Counted from the stretch's first letter, positions 35,566 through 46,491 are shown. The stretch is 64,000 nt of DNA from Pseudomonadota bacterium (GCA_046732975.1 JBKPOG010000107.1:9263-73262), one strand, 5' to 3'. Numbers and translations are program-made. The notes: generated by a model not told the origin, from the letters alone.

Positions 35566-37572
35566 TCAGAGCTTCCGCAGCATCAATGGGCCGGAGCCCA
35601 ACACCTGCGCGCGCCATCCTGCCGCGAGCAGCGTCGTTGCGTCCAGCTGAGTGACAACCGCGGGTCCATCGAACTGATCGCCCGCGCCGAGCGACGACCG
35701 ATCGAAAACTGGCGCCTCCAGCGCGCCGGTCGCATGCTGCACCACCTGTCGTCCGATCGGCACTGCGCCAACTCCGGCCGGAAGGCACGTGGATGCCGCC
35801 GTCGGTGCGCTGGCTGCCGCTTCCACGCGCAGCGTTATCAACTCCACTGTTGTTTCCATCGTGAAGCCATTCAGCGCCCGGTGCGCTTCGGCAAATACCT
35901 GTCTCGCTGAGTCCGCAGTGCCTGGCCAGACAATCGCAAGTTCCGCGCCCTGACCGGCATAGCGTAGCAGTGCAATGCGGGTGATCGTCCTATCACGCTC
36001 TGTTACCTGTTCCGCAGTGAACCAAGCATGCGCCTCTGATTCGAGCGCAAGATACACATCCTCTGCAGCGTCCCACTGGTCCGGTCGTGACATCGTGCGC
36101 GAGAACTCCGCCTTAAGACCGGCCGCAAGCAGGCCCTCGGCACACAGCACACCGGGGGCGGGAGGAATCAGCACGCACGAAATCCCCAAGTGGTCGGCTA
36201 ATGAACAGCTATGCAGCGGACCCGCGCCGCCGAAAGCCACCAGCGCGAAATCGCGCGGATCATGGCCACGCTCCACCGACACGACGCGGATCGCACCTAC
36301 CATATTCGAATCGGCGATCGCCAAAATGCCGCGTGCCGCATCATGCAATGACAGACCCAACGGCTCGGCGACATAAGAGCGGATTGCACGTTCAGCCAGT
36401 GCTGTGTGCAATGTCATTCGGCCCCCGAGCAACGCTGCGGGAAGATGCCCAAGGACAAGGTGTGCGTCGGTGATAGTGGGTTCCTTGCCACCGATGCCGT
36501 AGCACGCGGGACCGGGCACGGCGCCTGCACTCGCCGGTCCGACCGTCAGGGCACCATCAGATAGGCGTGCGATGGAGCCACCGCCCGCGCCTATCGTCAC
36601 CATATCAATCATTGGCAGCGGCAAAGGCCATCCACCGACATGGCCTCGCTGCGTGAGTTCGATCCGCTCTCCGCGCAACAAACAAATATCGGCGCTCGTG
36701 CCACCAATATCGATCGTGATGATGTCTGAAATGCCGGTACGGGCAGCAACGTCGCGAGCGCCGACCACTCCCGCCGCGGGACCTGACAGCACCGTCAATG
36801 CCGGTGTTCGAGCTATCGCCGCGGCGCCTGCAACTCCACCGTTAGACTGCATCAACAACAACGGTGCGCTAATCTTCGCATCCGCCAGATGACCCTGCAG
36901 GCGCTGTATGTAAGTGGTGACTGCCGGCATCACAGCAGCGTTCATGATGGTCGCCAAGCTGCGCTCGTACTCGCGCACCACCGGAAGCACGTCGACGGAA
37001 GCCGTCACCATCGCATCGGGCAGTGCGGCGCGCAGCAGTTCCGCGACACGCCGCTCATGCGCAGGGTTTGCGAAAGAGTGCAGCAGGCACACCGCTACAG
37101 CCTGTACGTCCATCCGGCGCAAAATGGCCGACACATCATGTACGCTGGCCTCGTCCAGCGGTGTCAACACCGTACCACCTGGACCGATCCGTTCACACAC
37201 CTCCAGAACCCGCGCCGGCGGCACCGGGCGCTTTGGCTTCACCCATGCAAATAGATTGGCGTGGCGCGGAATATCCTGCCGACCGATCTCCAGCACGTGG
37301 CGGAACCCCAGCGTTGTTACCAACGCGGTGCGCGCGGTCCTGCCTTGCAGGATAAGGTTTGTCGCCACTGTCGTGCCATGCAGCACCCGCACGATCTCCT
37401 GCGGGTGCACACGCGCGTCGTTGAGTACCAGCTGCACGCCAGCAATGAACGCTTGCGACGGGTCTGCTGGTGTGCTGGCCGTCTTCGCACGCCATTGGCG
37501 ACCGGTGGCCTGATCCAGCAAGGTGACATCGGTAAACGTGCCGCCGATGTCGACAGCAACCGCGAACGTCAA
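35566..37572 (-). CDS. hyuA: hydantoinase/oxoprolinase family protein, A subunit (ATP-dependent)
   Basis: It has TFAVAVDIGGTFTDV and a second ITIDIGGTSADI ASKHA-fold motif. There is no ATG. The likely start is TTG at 37572, giving 668 aa. The 790-aa track ORF is overextended. Confidence 0.85.
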   Translation of the reverse strand: MTFAVAVDIGGTFTDVTLLDQATGRQWRAKTASTPADPSQAFIAGVQLVLNDARVHPQEIVRVLHGTTVATNLILQGRTARTALVTTLGFRHVLEIGRQDIPRHANLFAWVKPKRPVPPARVLEVCERIGPGGTVLTPLDEASVHDVSAILRRMDVQAVAVCLLHSFANPAHERRVAELLRAALPDAMVTASVDVLPVVREYERSLATIMNAAVMPAVTTYIQRLQGHLADAKISAPLLLMQSNGGVAGAAAIARTPALTVLSGPAAGVVGARDVAARTGISDIITIDIGGTSADICLLRGERIELTQRGHVGGWPLPLPMIDMVTIGAGGGSIARLSDGALTVGPASAGAVPGPACYGIGGKEPTITDAHLVLGHLPAALLGGRMTLHTALAERAIRSYVAEPLGLSLHDAARGILAIADSNMVGAIRVVSVERGHDPRDFALVAFGGAGPLHSCSLADHLGISCVLIPPAPGVLCAEGLLAAGLKAEFSRTMSRPDQWDAAEDVYLALESEAHAWFTAEQVTERDRTITRIALLRYAGQGAELAIVWPGTADSARQVFAEAHRALNGFTMETTVELITLRVEAAASAPTAASTCLPAGVGAVPIGRQVVQHATGALEAPVFDRSSLGAGDQFDGPAVVTQLDATTLLAAGWRAQVLGSGPLMLRKL

Positions 37573-37630
37573 GCGCGGACCCGGACGCCAGCCCGGCCTT
37601 CCACAACAACGGGCAGACTCGATCTGCCCA

Positions 37631-39349
37631 TCATGCCTGGACCAACTCGTTGTGCCTACGGAGCAACCGCGTGGCATCGGCATCAAGTGCGTCGCTCGCG
37701 ATGACCACACGATAGTCGCGCCGGGCCGCGGCCATCGAAACGAAGCCATCCCGTACATCCTGCAGCACCTGCTCAGCCGGTCGCTCGAACGGATGGCCAC
37801 GGCCGCCACCGCCCCCAGTTTCCAGCAGCAAGATGTCGCCTCGTCGCAGAACCGTGCCATCCGACAGCGGTGCGAGCGTGCGCTCGTTCGTTGTGCCTGG
37901 ATTGACCAGGGCGCGGCCGGTGCCGCCTCGCATGCCACCGGCGACGCCCCAGGGCGGATTCAATACACTGTCGATGCGCATCGACAGCACTGCCTGTTCA
38001 GCCAGCACCTCGTATTCGCGCACCACGCCGGCCCCACCACGGAAACGACCCGGCCCGCCGCTATCGCAATTGATGCCGTAACGCAGCAACCGCACCGGAT
38101 AACCTTGTTCAAGGAATTCGACCGGATAGTTCTCCTGCGCGACGAAATAGACAGCATCAATCCCGTCGGATGTGGCACGTGCGCCGTAACCCACTCCCAC
38201 ACCATCCGACATCAGGAACTGGCGTCCGCGGTCAATGCCGCGCAGCATGATGATGACATAGGCAGAGTGCGAGGCTGGCGCATTGCCTCCTGCAGCATTC
38301 ACCAAACCGTTCAATGTCGCCAGGAACCGCATCATGGTCATGCCGCGCAGTCCGAGTGGCGCAGGAAACCGCGGCCACAACAGCGATCCCTCCCGCAGCC
38401 TCACCTCATCCAGCGCACGCGGTCCACCCGCGTTGCACACCTGCGCCGGATCACCGCCGAGAAAGAACAATCCCAGCGCCATCCCCGGCACGTCCGGGTT
38501 CATCAGGAAGTTCACTGGCCCAGGCGCTTGGTCGTCCGTCTCTGTCGCATCGAACACGAAGCGGTCATCCGACGTGCGGGTCAAAGCCAGGCGGATATGG
38601 AGTGGCCCATTGCCGTGGCCATCGGAGTCGATCGCATCGCTGAACCGATACGTCCCCACCGGAAACGTCTCACGCAAACGCGCTCGCACCAGTTCGCGTG
38701 TGCGAGCGAACAGTTGCCCAAAGGCGTCAGCCATAACGTCCGGACCGAACCGTCCCAGCAGTTCTCTGACGCGGCGCGCGCCGAGTTCCACCGATGCCAT
38801 CAGCGCGCGGGTATCGCCACGACTTTGCTCGGGGTAACGCGAGTTGCGGTGAAAGATCTCCAGGGCTGCTTCATTCACCGCACCAGCGTCTATCAGCCTG
38901 GTGGGCGGGATGATGATGCCTTCCTGAAAGATGTCGGTGGCGTCCGAGCTGATCGATCCGGGCCGCAGCCCGCCAATATCCGAGAAATGCGCCCAGCCCA
39001 TGACGAACGCGGCGCGGCGCCCATCGTGAAACACCGGGGCCAGAAACACCTGATCATTGGAATGCGACACCGCACCACGGGACGCATAGCAATCACTATA
39101 CCAATAGAGGTCGCCCTCCTGCATGGTGTCCGCTGCAAAGCGGGCGAATACCGGGCCGGTAATGTCGCCGAAGATCGGCACCATGGAGCCAACAACCATC
39201 ACACCATTCGCATCGAACAGCGCGGTGTAGAAATCCTTCTTCTCGCGTATGAATGCGCTGATCGCGGTGCGCTCCAGCAGTGCATCCATCTCGGCCTGCG
39301 CGGCGCGAATAGCGCCGCGAATGATTTCCAATCGGATTGGGTCGACCAT
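37631..39349 (-). CDS. hyuB: hydantoinase B/oxoprolinase family protein
   Basis: It has MVDPIRLEIIRGAIRAAQAEMDALLERTAISAFIREKKDFYTALFD and later HyuB blocks. The start abuts the creatininase stop. Confidence 0.88.
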   Translation of the reverse strand: MVDPIRLEIIRGAIRAAQAEMDALLERTAISAFIREKKDFYTALFDANGVMVVGSMVPIFGDITGPVFARFAADTMQEGDLYWYSDCYASRGAVSHSNDQVFLAPVFHDGRRAAFVMGWAHFSDIGGLRPGSISSDATDIFQEGIIIPPTRLIDAGAVNEAALEIFHRNSRYPEQSRGDTRALMASVELGARRVRELLGRFGPDVMADAFGQLFARTRELVRARLRETFPVGTYRFSDAIDSDGHGNGPLHIRLALTRTSDDRFVFDATETDDQAPGPVNFLMNPDVPGMALGLFFLGGDPAQVCNAGGPRALDEVRLREGSLLWPRFPAPLGLRGMTMMRFLATLNGLVNAAGGNAPASHSAYVIIMLRGIDRGRQFLMSDGVGVGYGARATSDGIDAVYFVAQENYPVEFLEQGYPVRLLRYGINCDSGGPGRFRGGAGVVREYEVLAEQAVLSMRIDSVLNPPWGVAGGMRGGTGRALVNPGTTNERTLAPLSDGTVLRRGDILLLETGGGGGRGHPFERPAEQVLQDVRDGFVSMAAARRDYRVVIASDALDADATRLLRRHNELVQA

Positions 39350-40096
39350 TTAATCGGCGACGAAGGTCTGATACACCTCAACCATATCGGCGACCGATGC
39401 CTGATACAGCTGCGCGCCGTGCTCCGGCGTGGAGAGGGAGGGATCCGAGCCGATGCGGCCATCGGGGAATCGCTGGCGATAATCGGCACAGTCGAAAAAT
39501 CCGGTGCTCTTCGGCGCAACCTTCGGCGACATCTGAGCGTACTTGATCGCCTCAGGGTGGTAGTGCTGCGACAACGACACCTCGGCCGCCGTCGCGTGGC
39601 TGCCGTTCGAGTCTCCATACAGCTCCTTGGCGAGCGCCGTTGCACGTGGGCCCTGCGACCAGAATACCATCTTGCAGCGCGCTGGGGACGAGTCGCCCGG
39701 TCCCCGCATCGACGTTGTGGCGTAGATCTCGTCGAAGGCGGCCGTCACCGTGGCGACGTTGCCGCCATGACCGTTGATGAACAGGAATCGCTCAAAGCCG
39801 TGCTTTATCAATGAGATGACGACGTCGCACACCAACGCGATCAGCGTTGATGGACGCAGCGTGACTGACCCGGCGAAACCCAGATGGTGCTGCGACATGC
39901 CGATGGTCAGCGTTGGCGCCACCAGGCAACCGATCGCATCGCCCGCGCCTTTGGCAACAAACTCCGCATCTAGGTGATCGGTGCCGATCAGCCCATTTGG
40001 CCCGTGCTGCTCGGTCGAGCCGATTGGGATGATGATGCCGCGCGAAGAACGCAGATAATCCTCCACCTCGTGCCAAGTGGACAACGCGAGTTGCAT
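39350..40096 (-). CDS. creatininase (creatinine amidohydrolase) family cyclic amidohydrolase
   Basis: It has IIIPIGSTEQHGP, FINGHGGN and GSHATAAEVS metal-ligand blocks. The ATG at 40096 is preceded by AGGAGAGG. Confidence 0.82.
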   Translation of the reverse strand: MQLALSTWHEVEDYLRSSRGIIIPIGSTEQHGPNGLIGTDHLDAEFVAKGAGDAIGCLVAPTLTIGMSQHHLGFAGSVTLRPSTLIALVCDVVISLIKHGFERFLFINGHGGNVATVTAAFDEIYATTSMRGPGDSSPARCKMVFWSQGPRATALAKELYGDSNGSHATAAEVSLSQHYHPEAIKYAQMSPKVAPKSTGFFDCADYRQRFPDGRIGSDPSLSTPEHGAQLYQASVADMVEVYQTFVAD

Positions 40097-40187
40097 GGGT
40101 CCTCTCCTGCAGGGCGCCATATCTTGCAGCGCTTCAGCACGATCGACAACCTGGCGCATGTGATTCCGAAGCAGAGTCCATATTGAC

Positions 40188-40430
40188 ATGACGTGCAAAG
40201 CAATGAATCTGTCACGTATGGAGACAATCGAACGCAGTGGCCGGCTCTTTGTTGCTCTTCGAAAGAACGGCCCATTGCGGATAGGATTGGAGCCTGTCTA
40301 TCACGCAGTGACGCCGAATTGTCGAATCGCACTATGCTCCGATGAGCCTGGCACCCGTTCAGGTTGGGCCGAACCGCCGGCGGGACGTGTCACTTGCCCC
40401 GCATGCCTGAAACGGCTCACGAGACTCTGA
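40188..40430 (+). CDS. small hypothetical four-Cys (zinc-ribbon-like) protein, 80 aa
   Basis: It has NCRIALC ...22 aa... CPAC. GC is lower than the surroundings and I see no obvious RBS. It may be non-coding. Confidence 0.3.
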   Translation: MTCKAMNLSRMETIERSGRLFVALRKNGPLRIGLEPVYHAVTPNCRIALCSDEPGTRSGWAEPPAGRVTCPACLKRLTRL

Positions 40431-40433
40431 GCC

Positions 40434-41519
40434 TCACAGCCGAAGCCCCGCCTCGCGCGGCAGTGGCATGACCGCATCGATGAAATAGGGCAGCTCGGTC
40501 TTGAAGTTTACGAACGAAACTGTGGTGCCGGCGAATCCGGTCTGGCTCATCCGCAGCATTTCCTCGGCAATTTTGCGCGGGGTTCCGATCAGCGGATAGG
40601 TACCTGCGCCGCCCACGAATCGCTTGCGATGCAGGCGATATGCCTCGGGATCATGCGACGACGAGAACTTCTCCTTGGAACCCATATAGAAGTCCACACT
40701 CGTCGTATCTTCCATTCGCACCGCGTAGTGTTCGTAATAGTCTTCAGCCTCGGTCTGCGTCGGCCGGCACACCACATGGCAGGTCGTATAGACACCAACC
40801 TCGCGACCGACCGAACGCGCTCGCGCTGCCATATCATCAATGTGCGGCCTGCCATCCTCGATAGCGACGAACGTTGTGAACAGGAAATCGGCTGTCTTCG
40901 CGGCAAAGTTGCGTCCCGCTGCTGAGAACGCCGCATTGAGCGTCACTGGCCGCGGTCGCTGCAGCGGCATCGGCAGCCCCGACACACCGTTGAGTTGGTA
41001 GAAGCGTCCTTGATAATCAAACGGCGGGCCGCCGGCGTAGATGCGCTCGACGATTTCCGCCCACTCCAGGCCCTGCGCATAGCGGTCCTCGATCATGGTC
41101 AGGCCGAACAGCGCAAACTCCTGTGGGCTCCACCCGCAGACGATATTAAGCCCGGCCCTGCCGCCGGATGCATGATCCACCGTCGCCAGGGCCTTGGCGG
41201 CAAACACCGGATGCACCATCGGCACGTGCACTGTCGAGAACAACGCGATCCGCTGCGTGACCCCGGCAAGTGCGGCGGCAAAGGTCAGCGTCTCGAAACT
41301 CCATTCCCGGCTGTTCACCTCGCCCCCGAATCCCTTCCAGCGCGCGATCGGCAGGAAGAACTCGATGCCGGCGTTGTCCGCCATCTGCGCCACCTCGACA
41401 ATCTCGTTCCAGCGCGCCGGCCACCGTTCGGGCACGCGTGTGAGCGTCAGGCCACCGTCGGCGTTCGCCGAGAACACACCCAATTTGAACTTGTTCGGGC
41501 CAAACATCGGGTGTTCCAT
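40434..41519 (-). CDS. LLM-class (luciferase-like) flavin-dependent oxidoreductase
   Basis: It has MFGPNKFKLGVFSANADGG...IARWKGFGGEVNSREWSFETLT...HASGGRAGLNIVCGW. AAGGAGG lies 9 nt upstream of the ATG at 41519. Confidence 0.82.
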   Translation of the reverse strand: MEHPMFGPNKFKLGVFSANADGGLTLTRVPERWPARWNEIVEVAQMADNAGIEFFLPIARWKGFGGEVNSREWSFETLTFAAALAGVTQRIALFSTVHVPMVHPVFAAKALATVDHASGGRAGLNIVCGWSPQEFALFGLTMIEDRYAQGLEWAEIVERIYAGGPPFDYQGRFYQLNGVSGLPMPLQRPRPVTLNAAFSAAGRNFAAKTADFLFTTFVAIEDGRPHIDDMAARARSVGREVGVYTTCHVVCRPTQTEAEDYYEHYAVRMEDTTSVDFYMGSKEKFSSSHDPEAYRLHRKRFVGGAGTYPLIGTPRKIAEEMLRMSQTGFAGTTVSFVNFKTELPYFIDAVMPLPREAGLRL

Positions 41520-41586
41520 CGGGCGGCCCTCCTTGCCGCGAAGCTCGCATCATCGGCAAAGTACCGTCGGCGACGTGGAGAGGGCA

Positions 41587-43290
41587 ATGACAGAGACAAT
41601 GGTGAACGGCGCCGAGGCGCTGCTTGAGTTGCTACAGACCCAAGGCGCCGACTACATATTTTGCTCACCCATCGCAGCGTGGGCGCCGCTATGGGAGGCG
41701 CTGGCCAAGCGCAAGGCCACGAGCAATGTTGAGACGCCACGATACCTCAACTGCCGGCACGAGATCCTCGCTGTTGGCTTGGCCGCCGGCTATTACAAGG
41801 CGACCGGTCGGACCCAGGTGGTGCTGCTACCGACCGGCCTGGGTGTGCTGCATGGCGCGATGGCACTTCGCTCGGCCTATCATGAGCACATTCCGATGGT
41901 GATCGTTTCGCCCGATACGCTGACCCATGGCGCGGTGCCAGAACTGGATCCTGGCCCGGAGTGGCCGACGCTTCTGGTCGATCTTGCCGGACCCGTGCGC
42001 AACAGCGAGACCGTGACAAAGTGGGCGAAGGAAGTGAAGACCGGCACCGACTTTACCGCCGACGTCCGGCGCGCGTGGTATTTCGCCGAAAGCGTGCCAC
42101 GCGGCCCGACATTGGTCGGCGTACCGTTCGACATCCTGATGAACCAGATTGCCGCACCGCAGGGCGACAAAACCAAGGCGCCAGCCGTGGTCGCGCCACT
42201 CGACAGCCTGCGCGAGATCACGACGCTGCTGAAGCAAAGCCGTGCCCCGCTGATCGTGACCGAGCACGCCGCGCGCACAACAGAGGACCAAGCCGCACTG
42301 GTGAGCATCGCGGAGTGCATCGGCGCACCGGTGTTTGAGTACTGGATGCCACTCTATGTGAATTTCCCGCGCGCGCACCCACTCTACGCCGCCGATCCGA
42401 TCGAAATGCACCTGAAGGATGCGGACTGCATCTTGATCGTTGGCGCGCACGGTCCGTGGCATCCACAGGAAACACCGCTGCCGGAGGATTGCAAGATCAT
42501 CCAGATCGAGGAGGACCCGCTGCGGCCTCGCGCCCCTTACTGGAATTTCCGCACCGACTACTGCATTGCCGGCGACATCGGCAGCAACTTGAGGCAGCTC
42601 GCAACCCTGATCGAGGCAGAACCCCGCGCACCCGAGGTAACGGACCGTACTCACCATTGGCATACCCACAACGCGGCAAACAATGCAGCCGCCGCCAAGG
42701 AACGCGAGACGGTGCGCGGCGGCGAGCGAATCCACGCAGTCCACCTGTTCGACAGCCTGTGCAACCTGCTGACCGACCGCTCGGTGATCGTCGATGAGAT
42801 CATCGCGCAAGTGCCGCCGATGATCCGCCACCTGTTTCGCGAGCGTGATTTCGGCCATATCCGCGGCTGGGCGGGCGCATTGGGTACTGGCCTGCCCACG
42901 GCCCTGGGCGTAAAGCTCGGTCGGCCGAATGACCTCGTGGTCTGCGTCATCGGTGACGGCGCATTCAATTACAATCCAATCCCCGCCTGCTTCGGGCTGG
43001 CGCAGCAATATCGCGTGCCGGTGCTGGTGGTCATATGCAACAACCAGGGCTACGTGTCGCAGGAGTGGAACCTGTCCAAGTATTTCCCCTCCGGTTATGC
43101 GCTGCGCGATAATAACCCGTACGGCCGGGTGATCGAGCCGACACCAGACTATGCGGCGCTCGCTTCCGCGTTCGGCGGACACGGAGAGCGCGACAGCGAC
43201 CCGGCGCAACTTGAACTGGCGATCCGCCGCGCCATCTCAGCGGTTGAAAGCGGACAGCTCGCTTTGCTGGACGTTCGGCTCGAGCCGTGA
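41587..43290 (+). CDS. thiamine-diphosphate-dependent enzyme (acetolactate-synthase-like fold, 567 aa)
   Basis: The N-terminal Pyr domain reads [26 protein letters not shown]. The C-terminal PP domain has [15 protein letters not shown] and [18 protein letters not shown] lies upstream of the ATG at 41587. Confidence 0.82.
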   Translation: MTETMVNGAEALLELLQTQGADYIFCSPIAAWAPLWEALAKRKATSNVETPRYLNCRHEILAVGLAAGYYKATGRTQVVLLPTGLGVLHGAMALRSAYHEHIPMVIVSPDTLTHGAVPELDPGPEWPTLLVDLAGPVRNSETVTKWAKEVKTGTDFTADVRRAWYFAESVPRGPTLVGVPFDILMNQIAAPQGDKTKAPAVVAPLDSLREITTLLKQSRAPLIVTEHAARTTEDQAALVSIAECIGAPVFEYWMPLYVNFPRAHPLYAADPIEMHLKDADCILIVGAHGPWHPQETPLPEDCKIIQIEEDPLRPRAPYWNFRTDYCIAGDIGSNLRQLATLIEAEPRAPEVTDRTHHWHTHNAANNAAAAKERETVRGGERIHAVHLFDSLCNLLTDRSVIVDEIIAQVPPMIRHLFRERDFGHIRGWAGALGTGLPTALGVKLGRPNDLVVCVIGDGAFNYNPIPACFGLAQQYRVPVLVVICNNQGYVSQEWNLSKYFPSGYALRDNNPYGRVIEPTPDYAALASAFGGHGERDSDPAQLELAIRRAISAVESGQLALLDVRLEP

Positions 43291-43297
43291 GGTCGCC

Positions 43298-44839
43298 ATG
43301 GCAAGTGTGGCCATCCGTCCGGGACAGAACACACTTGCAGACTGGCGTGGGATCTATCGCGGGGCCGGCGTAACGCTCGATCCCGGCTGCCACAACGCTG
43401 TCGCTCGCAGCGCCAATGCCGTCGAGGCAATTCTGGAGCGCGGCGAGCCGATCTATGGGATCAACACCGGCTTCGGTCGCCTGGCAAGCGTTCGCATCGC
43501 ACCGCATGAAGTAGCAACTCTGCAACGCAATATCGTGCTGTCGCACTCGGCCGGGGTGGGCGACCCGATGCCGGCGCATCTCGTGCGGCTGATGCTGGCT
43601 TTGAAGTTGTCTGCTCTGGCGCAAGGTGCCTCCGGCGTAAAGCCAGCAACTGTGACGTTGCTGGCTGAGATGATCGCGCGGGATCTGCTGCCGGTGATCC
43701 CGACGCAAGGTTCGGTTGGTGCGTCAGGCGATCTCGCGCCGCTTGCGCATATGGCCGCGGCGATGATCGGAGCCGGCGAGATCCTGTGCGGCGATGCCCA
43801 CATTCCTGCCGCAACGGCATTCGCGCAGGCGGGCCTGCAGCCGATTGTACTTGGCGCCAAAGAGGGCCTTGCGCTGCTGAATGGTACGCAGTTCTCGACC
43901 GCGTATGCGCTCGCCGGACTGTTCGAAGCGGAGGCGTTGTTGCGGATCGGCCTGGTCACAGGTGCCCTATCAACCGATGCGGCGCGCGGCTCGGATGCGC
44001 CGTTCGATCCGCGCATCCACGCCCTCCGAGGCCATCGCGGACAGATCGATGCGGCCAACGCGTTGCGTGCGCTGCTCGCCGGCAGCGCTATTCGTGCCTC
44101 GCACCTTACCGGCGATGATCGGGTACAGGACCCGTACTGTATGCGTTGTCAGCCGCAGGTCATGGGCGCCGCACTGGACATTCTGCGCAACACTGCTGCA
44201 ACGTTGGAGGTCGAGGCCAACGGCGTATCCGACAACCCACTGATCTGCGGCGATCCACCCGAGGCGCTGTCGGGCGGCAATTTTCACGCCGAGCCGGTCG
44301 CCTTTGCCGCCGATATCATCGCGCTGGCCCTGTGCGAGATCGGGGCGCTGGCCGAGCGACGCATTGCTATGCTGATCGATCCTTCGCTGTCGCGCTTGCC
44401 GGCGTTCCTTACGCCAAAGCCAGGATTGAATTCTGGGTTCATGGTGCCGCAGGTGACGGCGGCAGCGTTGGTGGCGGAGAACCGCCAACACGCGATGCCG
44501 GCGAGCATTGACTCCATCCCGACGTCCGCCAATCAGGAAGACCATGTATCGATGTCAGCCCATGCGGCACGCCGGCTGCTGCCGATGGCCGACAATGTTG
44601 CGGCCATCCTTGGCATTGAGCTCCTGGCCGCGGCGCAAGGCTGCGACTTCCTCGCGCCGCTCACGTCCAGCCCGCCGCTCGAACGCGTTCGCGAGCTGGT
44701 ACGCGAGCAGGTAGCGCACCTGGATGGGGACCGCGAGATGGCATCGGATATAGCCAAGGCAATAGCGCTGGTGCGATCGGGGTTATGTCCAACCGTGCCA
44801 TTGCCGGGCATTGGAGGCCACGATGCCGCAGATCAGTAA
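43298..44839 (+). CDS. hutH: histidine ammonia-lyase
   Basis: It has IYGINTGFG, the MIO-forming [22 protein letters not shown] and [10 protein letters not shown]. Confidence 0.92.
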   Translation: MASVAIRPGQNTLADWRGIYRGAGVTLDPGCHNAVARSANAVEAILERGEPIYGINTGFGRLASVRIAPHEVATLQRNIVLSHSAGVGDPMPAHLVRLMLALKLSALAQGASGVKPATVTLLAEMIARDLLPVIPTQGSVGASGDLAPLAHMAAAMIGAGEILCGDAHIPAATAFAQAGLQPIVLGAKEGLALLNGTQFSTAYALAGLFEAEALLRIGLVTGALSTDAARGSDAPFDPRIHALRGHRGQIDAANALRALLAGSAIRASHLTGDDRVQDPYCMRCQPQVMGAALDILRNTAATLEVEANGVSDNPLICGDPPEALSGGNFHAEPVAFAADIIALALCEIGALAERRIAMLIDPSLSRLPAFLTPKPGLNSGFMVPQVTAAALVAENRQHAMPASIDSIPTSANQEDHVSMSAHAARRLLPMADNVAAILGIELLAAAQGCDFLAPLTSSPPLERVRELVREQVAHLDGDREMASDIAKAIALVRSGLCPTVPLPGIGGHDAADQ

Positions 44840-46487
44840 TGTCAGGACAATCCGCTCTCCCCGCGGCACGGATCTCACCGCAAAGTCGTGGCTGACCGAA
44901 GCGCCCATGCGCATGCTGATGAACAACCTCGATCCCGAGGTGGCTGAACGGCCTGGTGAACTTATCGTCTATGGTGGCATGGGCCGTGCAGCGCGCGATT
45001 GGGACAGCTACGATCGTATCGTCACTACCTTGCGGCGGCTGGAAGTGAACCAGACGCTGCTGATCCAGTCCGGCAAGCCAGTCGGCGTGTTCCGCACGCA
45101 TGAAGACGCACCGCGGGTGCTGATCGCCAATTCCAACCTTGTGCCGCACTGGGCCACCTGGGAACACTTCAACGAACTCGACCGCAAGGGTCTGATGATG
45201 TTCGGCCAGATGACCGCGGGTTCGTGGATCTACATTGGCAGCCAGGGAATTATCCAGGGCACGTATGAGACCTTCGTCGAAATTGGCCGTCAGCACTATG
45301 GCGGGAATCTCGCGGGGCGCTGGGTTCTGACCGCCGGTCTCGGCGGCATGGGTGGCGCGCAGCCCTTGGCTGCGACGATGGCGGGCGCGTCGCTGCTGGC
45401 GATCGAATGCCAGCCCAGCCGGATCGAGATGCGTTTGCAGACCGGGTACTTAGACATGCAGGCGAGCGACTTGGACGAAGCGCTGGCGGTCATCGAACGC
45501 TCCTGTCGCGAACGCAAGCCAACCTCGGTCGCGCTACTCGGCAACGCAGCGGACATCCTGCCGGAGCTGGTGCGTCGCGGCGTGCGCCCCGATGTGGTGA
45601 CGGACCAGACTTCGTCGCATGATCCGGCGAACGGGTATTTGCCGAAAGGCTGGTCGGTTGCCGAATGGGAACGCCGCCGCGAAACGGCACCTGCTGATGT
45701 CGCCGCTGCGGCGCGCACGTCGATCGCCGAACATGTCGCCGCCATGCTCGCCTTCCACCGGATGGGTGTGCCGACGGTGGATTACGGCAACAACATCCGC
45801 CAGGTGGCCAAAGACGCTGGCGTGGCCGAGGCGTTTGACTTTCCCGGCTTCGTGCCGGCCTACATCCGTCCGCTGTTCTGCCGCGGCATCGGCCCATTCC
45901 GCTGGGCCGCACTGTCAGGCGACCCGGAAGACATCTACCGCACCGATGCCAAGGTGAAGGAACTGCTGCCCACTCACACTCACCTGCATCACTGGCTCGA
46001 CATGGCGCGGTCCCGCATACACTTTCAGGGGTTGCCGGCGCGCATCTGCTGGGTTGGTCTGGGTGATCGCCACCGGCTGGGACTGGCCTTCAACGACATG
46101 GTCGCAAGCGGCGAACTGAAGGCGCCGATTGTCATCGGTCGCGATCATCTCGATGCCGGCTCCGTCGCCTCGCCTAACCGTGAGACCGAGGCGATGCGTG
46201 ACGGCTCGGATGCAGTATCAGACTGGCCGATGCTGAACGCCCTGCTGAACTGTGCGTCAGGCGCCACTTGGGTTTCGCTGCATCATGGTGGCGGGGTTGG
46301 GATTGGTTACTCGCAGCACGCAGGCATGGTTATCGTGTGCGATGGCACCGAAGCCGCGGCACGACGCATTGAGCGCGTCCTATGGAATGATCCGGCCACC
46401 GGCGTGATGCGACACGCCGATGCCGGCTACGATATCGCGCGCGATTGCGCGCGTCAGAACGGCCTGGATCTGCCCGGAATTCTATGA
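44823..46487 (+). CDS. hutU: urocanate hydratase
   Basis: It has [50 protein letters not shown] and [14 protein letters not shown] lies 6 nt upstream of the ATG at 44823. It overlaps hutH by 17 nt. Confidence 0.93.
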   Translation: MPQISNVRTIRSPRGTDLTAKSWLTEAPMRMLMNNLDPEVAERPGELIVYGGMGRAARDWDSYDRIVTTLRRLEVNQTLLIQSGKPVGVFRTHEDAPRVLIANSNLVPHWATWEHFNELDRKGLMMFGQMTAGSWIYIGSQGIIQGTYETFVEIGRQHYGGNLAGRWVLTAGLGGMGGAQPLAATMAGASLLAIECQPSRIEMRLQTGYLDMQASDLDEALAVIERSCRERKPTSVALLGNAADILPELVRRGVRPDVVTDQTSSHDPANGYLPKGWSVAEWERRRETAPADVAAAARTSIAEHVAAMLAFHRMGVPTVDYGNNIRQVAKDAGVAEAFDFPGFVPAYIRPLFCRGIGPFRWAALSGDPEDIYRTDAKVKELLPTHTHLHHWLDMARSRIHFQGLPARICWVGLGDRHRLGLAFNDMVASGELKAPIVIGRDHLDAGSVASPNRETEAMRDGSDAVSDWPMLNALLNCASGATWVSLHHGGGVGIGYSQHAGMVIVCDGTEAAARRIERVLWNDPATGVMRHADAGYDIARDCARQNGLDLPGIL

Positions 46488-46491
46488 GCGC

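Noticed and set aside
37523-39814. A 763-aa plus-strand ORF. Similar long ORFs include 41827-43209 (minus), 16960-18177 (minus), 9171-10112 (plus), 20656-21276 (minus), 62727-63668 (minus) and 55231-region 54937-56259 (plus).
   Set aside because: All lie antisense to, or out of frame with, genes that have unambiguous family motifs (hyuB, the ThDP enzyme, the Mo oxidoreductase, the Rieske gene, the RND permease, secA, the SDR). Their translations are Arg/Ala/Pro/Gly-rich junk, typical of stop-poor alternative frames in high-GC DNA.
43298-44839. The idea that the HAL/urocanase pair is really an ergothionase / thiourocanate hydratase pair.
   Set aside because: The lyase keeps the Ala-Ser-Gly MIO triad ([14 protein letters not shown]) typical of genuine histidine ammonia-lyases. 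As I remember it, ergothionases lack this triad. A phylogeny would be needed to be certain.
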